A stretch of DNA of 64,000 nucleotides. Source: an uncultured Desulfosarcina sp. GTDB taxonomy: Bacteria; Desulfobacterota; Desulfobacteria; Desulfobacterales; Desulfosarcinaceae. The position numbers were made by a program, and so were the translations under genes. Positions 10,990 to 19,552 of this stretch are shown in pieces. The stretch is from positions 96,001-160,000 of the forward strand of contig CAXXWQ010000003.1 in the NCBI GenBank assembly GCA_963674945.2, written 5' to 3'. Each line of letters starts with the position of its first letter. Position 1 is the first letter of the stretch. Below the pieces are notes generated by a model. That model was given only the letters and a program-made list of their open reading frames with translations, was not told the DNA's origin and made no database searches.

Positions 10990-11856
10990 CTAGGGCCGCG
11001 TTTTGTCCGGCTGCAGATTATGAACATACACATCGCAATCGAGCGGTTTTCCGCCAAAGGGATGCCCCCAGTCGATCCAAAACCATTCTTCCTCGATGCG
11101 ATCGACCCGGCCTATCAGTTGGCCAGCCCGGACGATTTCGCCGACCCTGTTCTCGGTGATCATCCAGTAGTTTTTTTCGTCGATTTTCACCAAATGTTTG
11201 TGCCCCAATGGGTCCGGAATCATCAGACCATCTTCAAACAACAGGTTGCAAGTGATCCACTCGCCCTTGATCTCACCGAAACGGAGTTGGGTACCGGGCA
11301 AAACTTCGAAATCCACCGTATCGCCGGGTCCAATATTCTCGCCGTATCTTTGCCTGGTGACAGCCAGCCCGGAATCGAATACCAACGGCAGCCTGCGCCT
11401 GCGTTTTATTTTGGTGTAGCGCTCGTTTTTCTGAATATTCGGCGGAATTTCTCCCTGAATGGAAATTTGCATTCTTCTGTCGTAGGGCTTGTTCACGATG
11501 CCGTTGGCGAGATAAGCGGGAACTGAAAATTCCAAAAACTCCGCCACGTCCCGCTGGAGCATATAGTTAAGGGCCTTGTCGCCCGCCGTTGCGGACACGG
11601 GACCGTACTCACGCAGAGGCATGAAGTTTTTGTTGGCCGCCTTTTTCCCCTCGGCCGCTATGGCTTTTGCCGCATCGGTGGTGATCATCAGGGACCCATC
11701 GGGAAGGTAGCAACTGTAGTCGATCATCACTGCGTCACCCGGTTGGACCAACACATCCGGTTTCACCATGCCCGCGCATCCATATACGCTCGCGATGCAT
11801 ACCGCTGCCGCCATTGCCAGCCATCTCATGCGCATGTTACCCATTGCCTGTATCAT
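10990..11856 (-). CDS. FKBP/SlyD-like lipoprotein (true start may be a few codons downstream)
   Basis: Lipobox VYGC; VQPGDAVMIDYSC at N-terminus and WIDWGHPFGGKPLDCDV at C-terminus resemble SlyD DxNHPLAGK. Confidence 0.75.
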   Translation of the reverse strand: MIQAMGNMRMRWLAMAAAVCIASVYGCAGMVKPDVLVQPGDAVMIDYSCYLPDGSLMITTDAAKAIAAEGKKAANKNFMPLREYGPVSATAGDKALNYMLQRDVAEFLEFSVPAYLANGIVNKPYDRRMQISIQGEIPPNIQKNERYTKIKRRRRLPLVFDSGLAVTRQRYGENIGPGDTVDFEVLPGTQLRFGEIKGEWITCNLLFEDGLMIPDPLGHKHLVKIDEKNYWMITENRVGEIVRAGQLIGRVDRIEEEWFWIDWGHPFGGKPLDCDVYVHNLQPDKTRP

Positions 11857-12071
11857 AATTCCGATCCCACTGTGTTGTACTTTGATGTTGGTTGCCGGAT
11901 TGCATTGAAAATGCCCTTCGAAAAGAAAAGTCTTTTATGAACAAGGTTTGTTAGATATCAATTAGAAAAGATAAGAATTTCGATCGCGGGACGATGATTT
12001 TTTGTGGTGTGGATTTTCCGCGAAATAAGGGATCCTGTTTTACAGCATGTGCATCGCAGATCAGACGGTGT

Positions 12072-12110
12072 CCCCTCACCACTTTAGGGAGATGGGGACA
12101 GGGTGAGGGG
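12072..12110. repeat. Degenerate REP-like element (same family as 7899-7937)
   Basis: cccctcaccactttagggagatggggacagggtgagggg. Confidence 0.45.
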
Positions 12111-12186
12111 AGAAAAAGATTCTCATGCCCATGGAAAGGTTCGCCCGATGTCATGCGCCGACGGTTCACCGGGAATTCAGATAAGT

Positions 12187-12216
12187 ACGGGGCCGCACTG
12201 CTACGTGCGGCCCCGT
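12187..12216 (-). terminator. 12-bp GC-rich hairpin after the PstS-like gene (terminator or mRNA stabiliser)
   Basis: acggggccgcac-tgctac-gtgcggccccgt perfect inverted repeat; only a weak U tract on the minus strand. Confidence 0.6.
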
Positions 12217-12278
12217 GGTACGAACAATTTCGCCATAAGGTATTCGTCCGGATGACGAAACACCTTCGGATGCGGTAA

Positions 12279-13694
12279 TTATTTTACGCTAATACCGGTT
12301 TTGCAGCTGTCACGGATGACCTTCATCTCATCCTGGGAAGCCCAGAATTCGTATTTCGAGGTGGCGTCCAGGTTGGTCGGGTTGGACATGTAGGCCATCA
12401 GAGCGGCGACGTGCGTTTGAGCGGCATCGGCGTTGGTGGCGATGACGTAGTTGGCGCCCCAGAAGTCGTAGCGGCCGTTTCTGATGTTGTCACGTTTACC
12501 GATGTAGCCCTGGTAGTTGACGCGGCAGGCGCCGCTTTCGCAAGGATTGGTGAGGTCTCCCTTCTTGTCCGAATCGGCGTAACCCACGGCGCCGGCGTAA
12601 GAACCGACACATTCGATTTCGTCAGAGGAGCCTTTGTTGGTGAGAGTGCGGGGGACGACACCGGAGGTGACGGCAGATTCGTCGTAGGCGTAGGCGATCT
12701 GGGCCAGCGATTGGGGACGCACGACGGACCAGTCGAGGGTGGCGTGGGTACCGGAACCGGCATGGCGGATACACACTACGACATCTTGGCTGCTGTATCC
12801 GAAAGTATTCCAGTCGGTGACCTGCTGGGAGAAGAGCATCTGAGCCTGGGGTCTGCTCAGGTTGGTAACCTCGCCGCCGAGGGAGGCTTCATTGACGAAG
12901 AAAGAGAAGGGCACGATGATCGGCTCGAAAACGGTGAACAGGTCCAGATCGGGTTCGATCGGGGTGAAGATTCTGATCCACCATTTCGCGTCATCGGCTA
13001 CGGGAAACGCGGTTTTGCTCTTTCCGAAGATGCCACCGCCCATGGCGGTTTCCCAATCGCTGATGCGACCGCCTTCCGGGCCCCAGGTGTCGTGATTCTT
13101 GGGTCCGTAGGTGGACTGGTCGAAGCAAATCGGATCGATATCGGAGGTACCCAGGGTGATCTCCTTACAGGTCAAACCGATGGTCACGCCGGTGTCGGCG
13201 GGAGCCGGAATTGTGTTGATGTCAGACCAGGCGCTGACGGCGGCCTCATTGGCCATCAGTCGCTGGGTTGCCGTGCAACCGGTGTCGGGAGTACCACAAT
13301 CGGTTGCCGCACCCGTATCGATCGCGGCGCAGACGCCTTCGGCAGAGGCGAAGGTGGTATACCGGATGGCGATGGTGTCGCCGACGTATCCGGTACGCCG
13401 GGCGCCGGCCTGAGATCCGCCGATACCGATGTTGCCGAAATCGCCGCCGTCGCAAATGGCGATACCGGCGTCACGGTCTGCGGCAGGTCCTGCGTCTTCC
13501 ATCTGGGCGTGACCGATGTCGGAGGTCCCACACTGCATATAGTCTCTCAGGAACTGGGGCGCACCTTCCGTCCAGTATGCGTACTGGGCCGAGGCACCGA
13601 AGATATTGACTTCGCGAAGTTGGGCGGCGGCGGGTACGGCCATCGCCACGGCCATGGAACCGATCATCAGACCCTTAACGATTTTACCTAACAT
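12279..13694 (-). CDS. Secreted Cys-rich PstS/PBP-fold substrate-binding-like protein
   Basis: Signal peptide (AVPAAA); VNIFGASA, GTSDID, CIRHAGSGTHATLD and GAVGYAD motifs typical of the PstS-like fold; 12 Cys. Confidence 0.75.
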   Translation of the reverse strand: MLGKIVKGLMIGSMAVAMAVPAAAQLREVNIFGASAQYAYWTEGAPQFLRDYMQCGTSDIGHAQMEDAGPAADRDAGIAICDGGDFGNIGIGGSQAGARRTGYVGDTIAIRYTTFASAEGVCAAIDTGAATDCGTPDTGCTATQRLMANEAAVSAWSDINTIPAPADTGVTIGLTCKEITLGTSDIDPICFDQSTYGPKNHDTWGPEGGRISDWETAMGGGIFGKSKTAFPVADDAKWWIRIFTPIEPDLDLFTVFEPIIVPFSFFVNEASLGGEVTNLSRPQAQMLFSQQVTDWNTFGYSSQDVVVCIRHAGSGTHATLDWSVVRPQSLAQIAYAYDESAVTSGVVPRTLTNKGSSDEIECVGSYAGAVGYADSDKKGDLTNPCESGACRVNYQGYIGKRDNIRNGRYDFWGANYVIATNADAAQTHVAALMAYMSNPTNLDATSKYEFWASQDEMKVIRDSCKTGISVK

Positions 13695-13765
13695 TTCTTT
13701 TCTCCTTGTATGGTGTTGAGATACTCACGCAACATGCATGGGCTGTTTACATTGGCTTGCCGACG

Positions 13766-14446
13766 TTAGATTTTTTTACGACGAACGCCGATCAAGCCCA
13801 GAAGACCGGAACCCATCAACCAGGCGGCGGCGGGAACGGGAACTTCGCTTACATCGGTGGGTCCCTCGATAATGAAATCGGCGGTACCGTTGCCATTGTT
13901 GATCATCTTGATGGTGGCATAGTTCAACGGGTCGCCGGTGACGCCTATTTGAGTCCAGAGGTACATCTCATCTTCGGCGTCCGTCAGGTTGCCTTTTCCA
14001 TCTCCCAGGGCGATCAGCCCCTTCAAGGACGGAGTCATCATGTTCATGAAAGAGTTTTGGTCGGCGGTGAGGTGTTCGACGCCGTAGTCGTTGTTTTTGG
14101 ATACGTAGTCTGCTGAGGACCAGAATGAGTTGATGAAGGTGGGTTTGGCTGCGCCGTCCGCCTGCTGCTCATTGATACCCCAGCCCAACCATCCGCCGTT
14201 GTAGGTTGCAAACAAAGAAAAACCGGTGTAGCTGCCGATTGAGACGTCGTCCAGCAAGGTCGCGCCAAAGTTGTCGGCGATGTCGCCACTACCGGTGTCA
14301 TAGCCGGCGCCGAGGTCGTAGATGATTTCGTGGGTGTCGTTGTACATTACCAGGTTCACTGCAAGGGGGGCGAGATCGGCGGAAGCGGTGCCGGCGACGC
14401 CAACCATGACCATAACACCTAAAACAGCTGCGAAAACCTTTTTCAT
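13766..14446 (-). CDS. VPLPA-CTERM (PEP-CTERM-like) sorted surface protein
   Basis: GGAGGT RBS before ATG 14446, signal peptide MKKVFAAVLG...ASA, C-terminus VPVPAAAWLMGSGLLGLIGVRRKKI. Confidence 0.9.
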   Translation of the reverse strand: MKKVFAAVLGVMVMVGVAGTASADLAPLAVNLVMYNDTHEIIYDLGAGYDTGSGDIADNFGATLLDDVSIGSYTGFSLFATYNGGWLGWGINEQQADGAAKPTFINSFWSSADYVSKNNDYGVEHLTADQNSFMNMMTPSLKGLIALGDGKGNLTDAEDEMYLWTQIGVTGDPLNYATIKMINNGNGTADFIIEGPTDVSEVPVPAAAWLMGSGLLGLIGVRRKKI

Positions 14447-14772
14447 TGAATCTACCTCCAAAAATAGTCGATTGATTGTTTTCCAGGCAGATCAGCCATC
14501 CGGCACACGCCTCGTGTTTTCGGTCCCGTAGGCGAGGCTCGTCTCGCCTTCACTTTAATTCCCGTTGGACTCGAACCGGTTACATGGTACTGTTTGTCGG
14601 ACCTGTATCTTTCCGCCCTCCGGTCTCCCGGAGTTTGGCTTTTTCTGGAGGTTGACTGCGAAAAATAAGAAACAAATGGATTACACGGATGATCTTACCA
14701 AGGGTGAAACATGCACTTTTCTTTTCTCAAGAGTTTTCTGCATCACCTCCCCTCTCGGATTTTGTAATAGTC

Positions 14773-14817
14773 AAAAAAAATAGCCCTGAGAACGATTGAC
14801 TTCTTGTTCTCAGGGCT
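14773..14817 (-). terminator. Strong intrinsic terminator overlapping the RNA motif
   Basis: Minus strand AGCCCUGAGAAC-12-nt loop-GUUCUCAGGGCU-A-U8 (perfect 12-bp stem). Confidence 0.88.
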
Positions 14818-14855
14818 TTCTGGTGCCTATATACTTCAGGTCAGCAAAGTACCCC
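14813..14855 (-). promoter_or_regulatory. Candidate cis-regulatory RNA hairpin (antiterminator-like), single copy
   Basis: GGGG-UA-CUUU-G-CUG-A-CC-loop-GG-CAC-CAG-AAAG-CCC; matches the array units at 20033-20379; its 3' strand is shared with the terminator stem. Confidence 0.7.
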
Positions 14856-14983
14856 GCTGTTTGTTTTTTGTTTTTACGGATTGAATGTTAGCTGATTATG
14901 AGTGCGATATTATAATTCAATTAACTTCCGAGTTTCTGGCGCAAAGCCCGAATATTACAATTGTGATGGGTTTCCTGTTCTGC

Positions 14984-17900
14984 TCATCTTGCTTGATGCT
15001 GGATGATTTTTATAGCCGATACGGCCATGGCAACGAACAGACAGGCAACAAACCCCATAATCCACGAGGTGCCGGCCGGCAGCGACCCGACTGTGCCGAC
15101 AAAACAGGATGATCCGCCGTCACCGCTGCCATTGTTCTGTCCACTCAACCGTCCGCTTTCGTTGGTAGCGGCAATCGTATACAAGGAGAAATGCTCGATT
15201 TCGCAAACCAGCATGTTGTTCTCTTCGTCCACCTTTTTCACGGCGATCGTTTCCCAGCGGCGATCGACTTTATCGTACGTATAGGCCATGAGGAACGCAG
15301 GATTGATCCCACCGGCCGCCTTTAAAGCGGCTTCGGTATAAGGAATGTTAATGGTGATCGGCATGTTGAACCAGGTACCCGATGGGCCAAAATCGATTAC
15401 CTTGCCCACAGGCACTAAATCGGAATCCATGGTTGGTATGCCGAGTCCAGTTGCCTCGCCGATGGAAATGGTTGTCGTTGTTCGTAAGGCACCGGCAGGA
15501 ATGATGACTTGCGTGCCGTTTATGGCGCTGCCAGCATCGGTAACTTTTATAATCGTGTTATAGGGAACCGTAAGATCGTAGATGCCTTCCTCCACGACCA
15601 TGATTTCAGGCTCGGTGCTACCGTCCAGGTCCACCGTGAAGCTGAATACCGATGTCCACCACGAATCATCATTGACGATCCGGGCACGCCAATAATAGGT
15701 GGTTTCATCTTCGAGATCTTCATCGACCCGCCATGCGGTCTTGCCGACAGTGGTTTGGCCGACCGCGACCCTTCCCGTTATCGCGCTGTCACGGTACACC
15801 TCAAATTCGACTTGAATGGACGATTTATTGTCTTCCGACACTACCATTACGCCGATCACCGGCGTCTGTGTGTTGACGGTTCCGCCGTTGAATGGCACAG
15901 TGGGAATTATTCCCGGTGTTGCCGTGGCCGCCTGGCTCACGCTCACATTCACATCCCGAAAGACCGTGTCCGTTCCGTCGCCTACCGTCAGGGTGAAGGT
16001 ATAGTCGTTGGCGCCGTTATCCGCATAGGCTGGCGCAGTGAAAGTCACCGACACCCCTGTTTTGGGGAAATCATCGATATCATCGGACGTGGACCAGATG
16101 TAGGTCAGATCATCCCCATCGGCATCGCCAGCCGTTCCGCTCAAGGTCACCGTGGTGCCCTCAACGGCCGGATTGGGGGAGGCCGTGATACCGGATATTA
16201 CCGGCGCAGTATTGTTCTGGCTGACGGTGAAGGTGACGTCCCGGGCGGCCGAGTCCGTGCCGTCGCTTACCGTCAGGGTGAAAGTGTAGTCGTTGTCTCC
16301 ACCCTCAACGTATGCCGGCGCGGCAAAGCTCGCCGTAGCACCGGTCTGCGGAAACCCGCCAACCCCTTCTTCCGTGCTCCAGGTGTAAGTCAAGGCATCC
16401 CCGTCGCCATCGCTGGCCGCGCCGCTCAAGGTTACTGTGGCGCCTTCGGCGGCCGGGTTGGGGGATGCCGTTGCGCTGGATATTGTCGGAGCCGTATTTT
16501 CCGAGGTGACGGTGAAGGTGAAAGTCTGGGTAACCGAATCTGTGCCGTCGCTCACCGTCAGCGTGATAATATATTCATTATCACCACCATTAATGAAGGC
16601 CGGCGCCGTAAAGGACCACAGTTGCTTGTCCGTGGGCAATCCGGCGAGGGGCCTGGCCGAAGACCATGCGTACGTCAGCGCATCTGTCACATCGACGTCG
16701 ATCGCCTCTCCGGATATCAACACCCGCGTTCCCTCGGTGCCCGAATCGGGATCTATTGTTGCATTCAAAATCACGGGGGCAGTGTTGCCCTGGGTGACGG
16801 TAAAAGTGACGGCCGCGGTGTCCGTGTCCGTGCCGTCGCTCACCGTCAACTTGAAGGTGTAGACGTTATCCCCGCCGTCCACGTAGGCCGGTGCGGTGAA
16901 GCTCGCAGTGGCGCTGGCCTGCGGAAAGCCGCCGAGCCCGTCGCCCGTGCTCCAGGTGTAAGTCAAGCCGTCCCCATCGCCGTCGCTGGCCGTTCCACTC
17001 AGGGTTACTGCTGTTCCTCCGGGGCCCGACACGGGCGACGCCGTCGCACTCTTGATTTCGGGGGGCTCGTTGGTCTGGGAGGCGGTGACGGTAAAAGTGA
17101 CGGCCGCGGTGTCCGTGTCCGTGCCGTCGCTCACCGTCAACTTGAAGGTGTAGACGTTATCCCCGCCGTCCACGTAGGCCGGTGCGGTGAAGCTCGCAGT
17201 GGCGCTGGCCTGCGGAAAGCCGCCGAGCCCGTCGTCCGTGCTCCAGGTGTAAGTCAAGCCGTCCCCATCGCCATCGCTGGCCGTTCCACTCAGGGTTACT
17301 GCTGTTCCTCCGGGGCCCGACACGGGCGACGCCGTCGCATTCTTGATTTCGGGGGGCTCGTTGGTCACCGGAGGATTTAGAATGACGCTGCCGTCGGGAT
17401 CGATTCGTAGCGCCGCGCAGTAGTCCGTACTCTGATCCGGGCCCCGGTTTAGAGAGAATTCGCCATCAAGAAGTATGTTGTGGTATAAGTACATGGTTAC
17501 GGATTGGCCTTCGGCCAGGGGGGCCAGATTTACCTCTCCGGTTTCGGCATTACGGTTAAAACCGGCGAAGAATCCCCCAGGAAAAACGCCTCTGTTCATT
17601 TGGGTATGATAGGCGTTATCTCCGGCCGCCTGCCCCACAAAGATACCGCATTGTGGGTTATCTATACAATTTAAGTACATCTTGTTTGCTGAACTGAGAA
17701 AATTACTCATTTGGCTTTTGCTGATATTCGGCTCTACTTTTGATGTGGTCGCAAATATCATGTGTGACCCAAAAGTACTAGATGATGATAAAAATGAAAA
17801 AAAAGTGGCATTTAACTGGCTCCAATCGCTTACTGCGGAAAAATCTTCCAGTCCAAAGCCTTGTTCGACAAGTGGATAATCACGCTCACTGTAAAAGAGG

Positions 17901-18130
17901 TTGTAGCCGGGGGTAACTTCATCCCATGTAAAAAAAAATCCCAAGTCCATTAACATTTCATTCGTACTGGGGTCATATATCACCATTATAAGATGAAAGT
18001 CTGTAAAATCAGGAGTTTCGGAATGAACTTTTGTGACAAACAGAAAGAGGAATGCGAAAAGGAAAACGGATACCCTTTTTGCTATATCATCTTGGAATGC
18101 TTTCAATTTATCCTCTTGATATATCGCCAA
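14984..18130 (-). CDS. Surface protein: N-terminal domain, five PKD/Ig-like repeats, ZU5-like region and GGxxCF-type C-terminal membrane anchor
   Basis: Repeats of the type N(E/T)xPxI..ATASP...VTLSG.ASD.DGD.LTYTWS...F.AP...YTF.LTVSDGTD; ends GDGGSSCFVGTV + TM helix + basic tail. TTG start uncertain. Confidence 0.85.
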   Translation of the reverse strand: MAIYQEDKLKAFQDDIAKRVSVFLFAFLFLFVTKVHSETPDFTDFHLIMVIYDPSTNEMLMDLGFFFTWDEVTPGYNLFYSERDYPLVEQGFGLEDFSAVSDWSQLNATFFSFLSSSSTFGSHMIFATTSKVEPNISKSQMSNFLSSANKMYLNCIDNPQCGIFVGQAAGDNAYHTQMNRGVFPGGFFAGFNRNAETGEVNLAPLAEGQSVTMYLYHNILLDGEFSLNRGPDQSTDYCAALRIDPDGSVILNPPVTNEPPEIKNATASPVSGPGGTAVTLSGTASDGDGDGLTYTWSTDDGLGGFPQASATASFTAPAYVDGGDNVYTFKLTVSDGTDTDTAAVTFTVTASQTNEPPEIKSATASPVSGPGGTAVTLSGTASDGDGDGLTYTWSTGDGLGGFPQASATASFTAPAYVDGGDNVYTFKLTVSDGTDTDTAAVTFTVTQGNTAPVILNATIDPDSGTEGTRVLISGEAIDVDVTDALTYAWSSARPLAGLPTDKQLWSFTAPAFINGGDNEYIITLTVSDGTDSVTQTFTFTVTSENTAPTISSATASPNPAAEGATVTLSGAASDGDGDALTYTWSTEEGVGGFPQTGATASFAAPAYVEGGDNDYTFTLTVSDGTDSAARDVTFTVSQNNTAPVISGITASPNPAVEGTTVTLSGTAGDADGDDLTYIWSTSDDIDDFPKTGVSVTFTAPAYADNGANDYTFTLTVGDGTDTVFRDVNVSVSQAATATPGIIPTVPFNGGTVNTQTPVIGVMVVSEDNKSSIQVEFEVYRDSAITGRVAVGQTTVGKTAWRVDEDLEDETTYYWRARIVNDDSWWTSVFSFTVDLDGSTEPEIMVVEEGIYDLTVPYNTIIKVTDAGSAINGTQVIIPAGALRTTTTISIGEATGLGIPTMDSDLVPVGKVIDFGPSGTWFNMPITINIPYTEAALKAAGGINPAFLMAYTYDKVDRRWETIAVKKVDEENNMLVCEIEHFSLYTIAATNESGRLSGQNNGSGDGGSSCFVGTVGSLPAGTSWIMGFVACLFVAMAVSAIKIIQHQAR
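16793..17366 (-). repeat. Near-perfect tandem duplication, 291-bp period (97 aa)
   Basis: 16793-17075 and 17084-17366 are identical apart from about three substitutions seen by eye. Confidence 0.92.
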
Positions 18131-18267
18131 TCGGCGGCGTGCCTATTGGTGGAAAAGTGTATTGCATATTATCGTATCGATAATGTTCTCGAGATCGTAT
18201 TGTAACCAAGAATAAAGTAAACCATCATGATAAGGTTATAAGCCTGACGATGAACTGGGCGTCACCT

Positions 18268-18450
18268 TCATTTTTTTAAAATTTCCTCAAACTTCTCTAC
18301 CCGCCCGACATTGCCCTGGGTGTAGTTGATCTTGATGTAACCGGTAAAATTGCTACTCCGTATACTCATCAAGTACTCGAACAGCCTCTTAATCTTTTCA
18401 CCCTGAGGGGACTTTGGTTTTTCAATGACTTTTGCCGGCATATTTGACAT
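18268..18450 (-). CDS. Small basic protein, DUF2292/YezD-like
   Basis: 60 aa; helix followed by FTGYIKINYTQGNVGRVEKFEEILKK, resembling the G-x-hydrophobic strand-G-strand-E pattern of DUF2292. Family assignment by eye only. Confidence 0.6.
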   Translation of the reverse strand: MSNMPAKVIEKPKSPQGEKIKRLFEYLMSIRSSNFTGYIKINYTQGNVGRVEKFEEILKK

Positions 18451-18741
18451 CTGTTTTCAGAGCTCACGCAATTTTTCAGGTGAAAATCTTTCTCCATGAC
18501 CCGGCCAAAAGCCATTGAAAACTTCTGGTGCGTTTTTTATGTTGATGATGACAGGCCGAGCGCAAGACCGTTTTTTCCCAAATGAAGTGATATATTTAAA
18601 TTCACCTTGTTAGCCGTTCATTAGAAAATGATAAATATTGTGTTTATTTTATATCTATTTGTTTTAACAAGACAAATTGATGTAAAACCCGAAACATCGA
18701 TCTGCTCGGGGTTTCCGATCCCGATATCCATTGAATGGATT

Positions 18742-19494
18742 TCAATTTGCTCCCGTTCCTCTAAGGCGTTGTCTACCTACCACCAATACCAAACCGCTGG
18801 CGAACATGATCGCCGCACCGGGAAGCGGCACCTCGCTGGTCCGGGAGACGACGGCCACAAGATCGTTAAAATCTGCGTCTCCGATGTTGAGCTCTTCGAA
18901 CCCGATGAGCCACACGTCATTGGTGTCGGCGGTGTAATCGGTGCCGAAGAGCAGATTGAAGTTGCCGAGCAGTTCGTCATCCTCTATGGCAAAGGCCACG
19001 AAGTGGTCCTTGTTTCCCAGGATGTTTTGCGAACGGTCGGCGGACCAGCGCTCCTGGGCCTCGCCGACCCATTCTCGCCGGGTGTCGGCAAAGGTATACC
19101 CGTCCAGCATGGTGAAAGTCGTATCCTGCTGGATGATGGTGTTCCTTACAAAAGCTTCGCTTCCCAGTACCTTCTGGTACCCCGGGTCTCCGGCGCTGCT
19201 GTCTCCGTTCCAGAGGCCCAGTTCTCCTCCCCATCCCGACTCCCGGTAGGTTGCATCCACGCGGAAGGTGTCTCCGGTCTTGCCGAAAACAATATCAGAA
19301 CCATCTTTCAGGTAATAATCAGACATGCTAAGTTCCCACGTGCTGTCCATCGTCTTGGTGCTTCCCTCTGGCACGAACAACTCATTGAAAACCTGGTAAA
19401 GTTCTGCGTTCTCCAGTGTTACACTCATGCTGGCTTGACTTTGGGAGGCAACCAGCAGCAATCCCGACAAAAACAATACGAAAACTCTGTTCAT
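18742..19494 (-). CDS. DUF4114-containing VPLPA-CTERM surface protein
   Basis: AGGAG RBS before ATG 19494, signal peptide, WLIGFEELNIGDADFNDLVAVV (DUF4114-like), C-terminus VPLPGAAIMFASGLVLVVGRQRLR. Confidence 0.85.
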   Translation of the reverse strand: MNRVFVLFLSGLLLVASQSQASMSVTLENAELYQVFNELFVPEGSTKTMDSTWELSMSDYYLKDGSDIVFGKTGDTFRVDATYRESGWGGELGLWNGDSSAGDPGYQKVLGSEAFVRNTIIQQDTTFTMLDGYTFADTRREWVGEAQERWSADRSQNILGNKDHFVAFAIEDDELLGNFNLLFGTDYTADTNDVWLIGFEELNIGDADFNDLVAVVSRTSEVPLPGAAIMFASGLVLVVGRQRLRGTGAN

Positions 19495-19552
19495 TGATTT
19501 TCTCCTTATTATCATTTTCCAAAAAGAGTTGTTTGATAGACAACCTTTTAAT

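Noticed and set aside
12411..17380. Long plus-strand ORFs of 426 aa and 623 aa
   Set aside because: Antisense shadows of codon-biased minus-strand genes.
18515..18572. Possible eighth motif copy (GCACCAGAAG core) upstream of the small protein gene
   Set aside because: Only the 3' core matches; the 5' half and stem pairing are not convincing.
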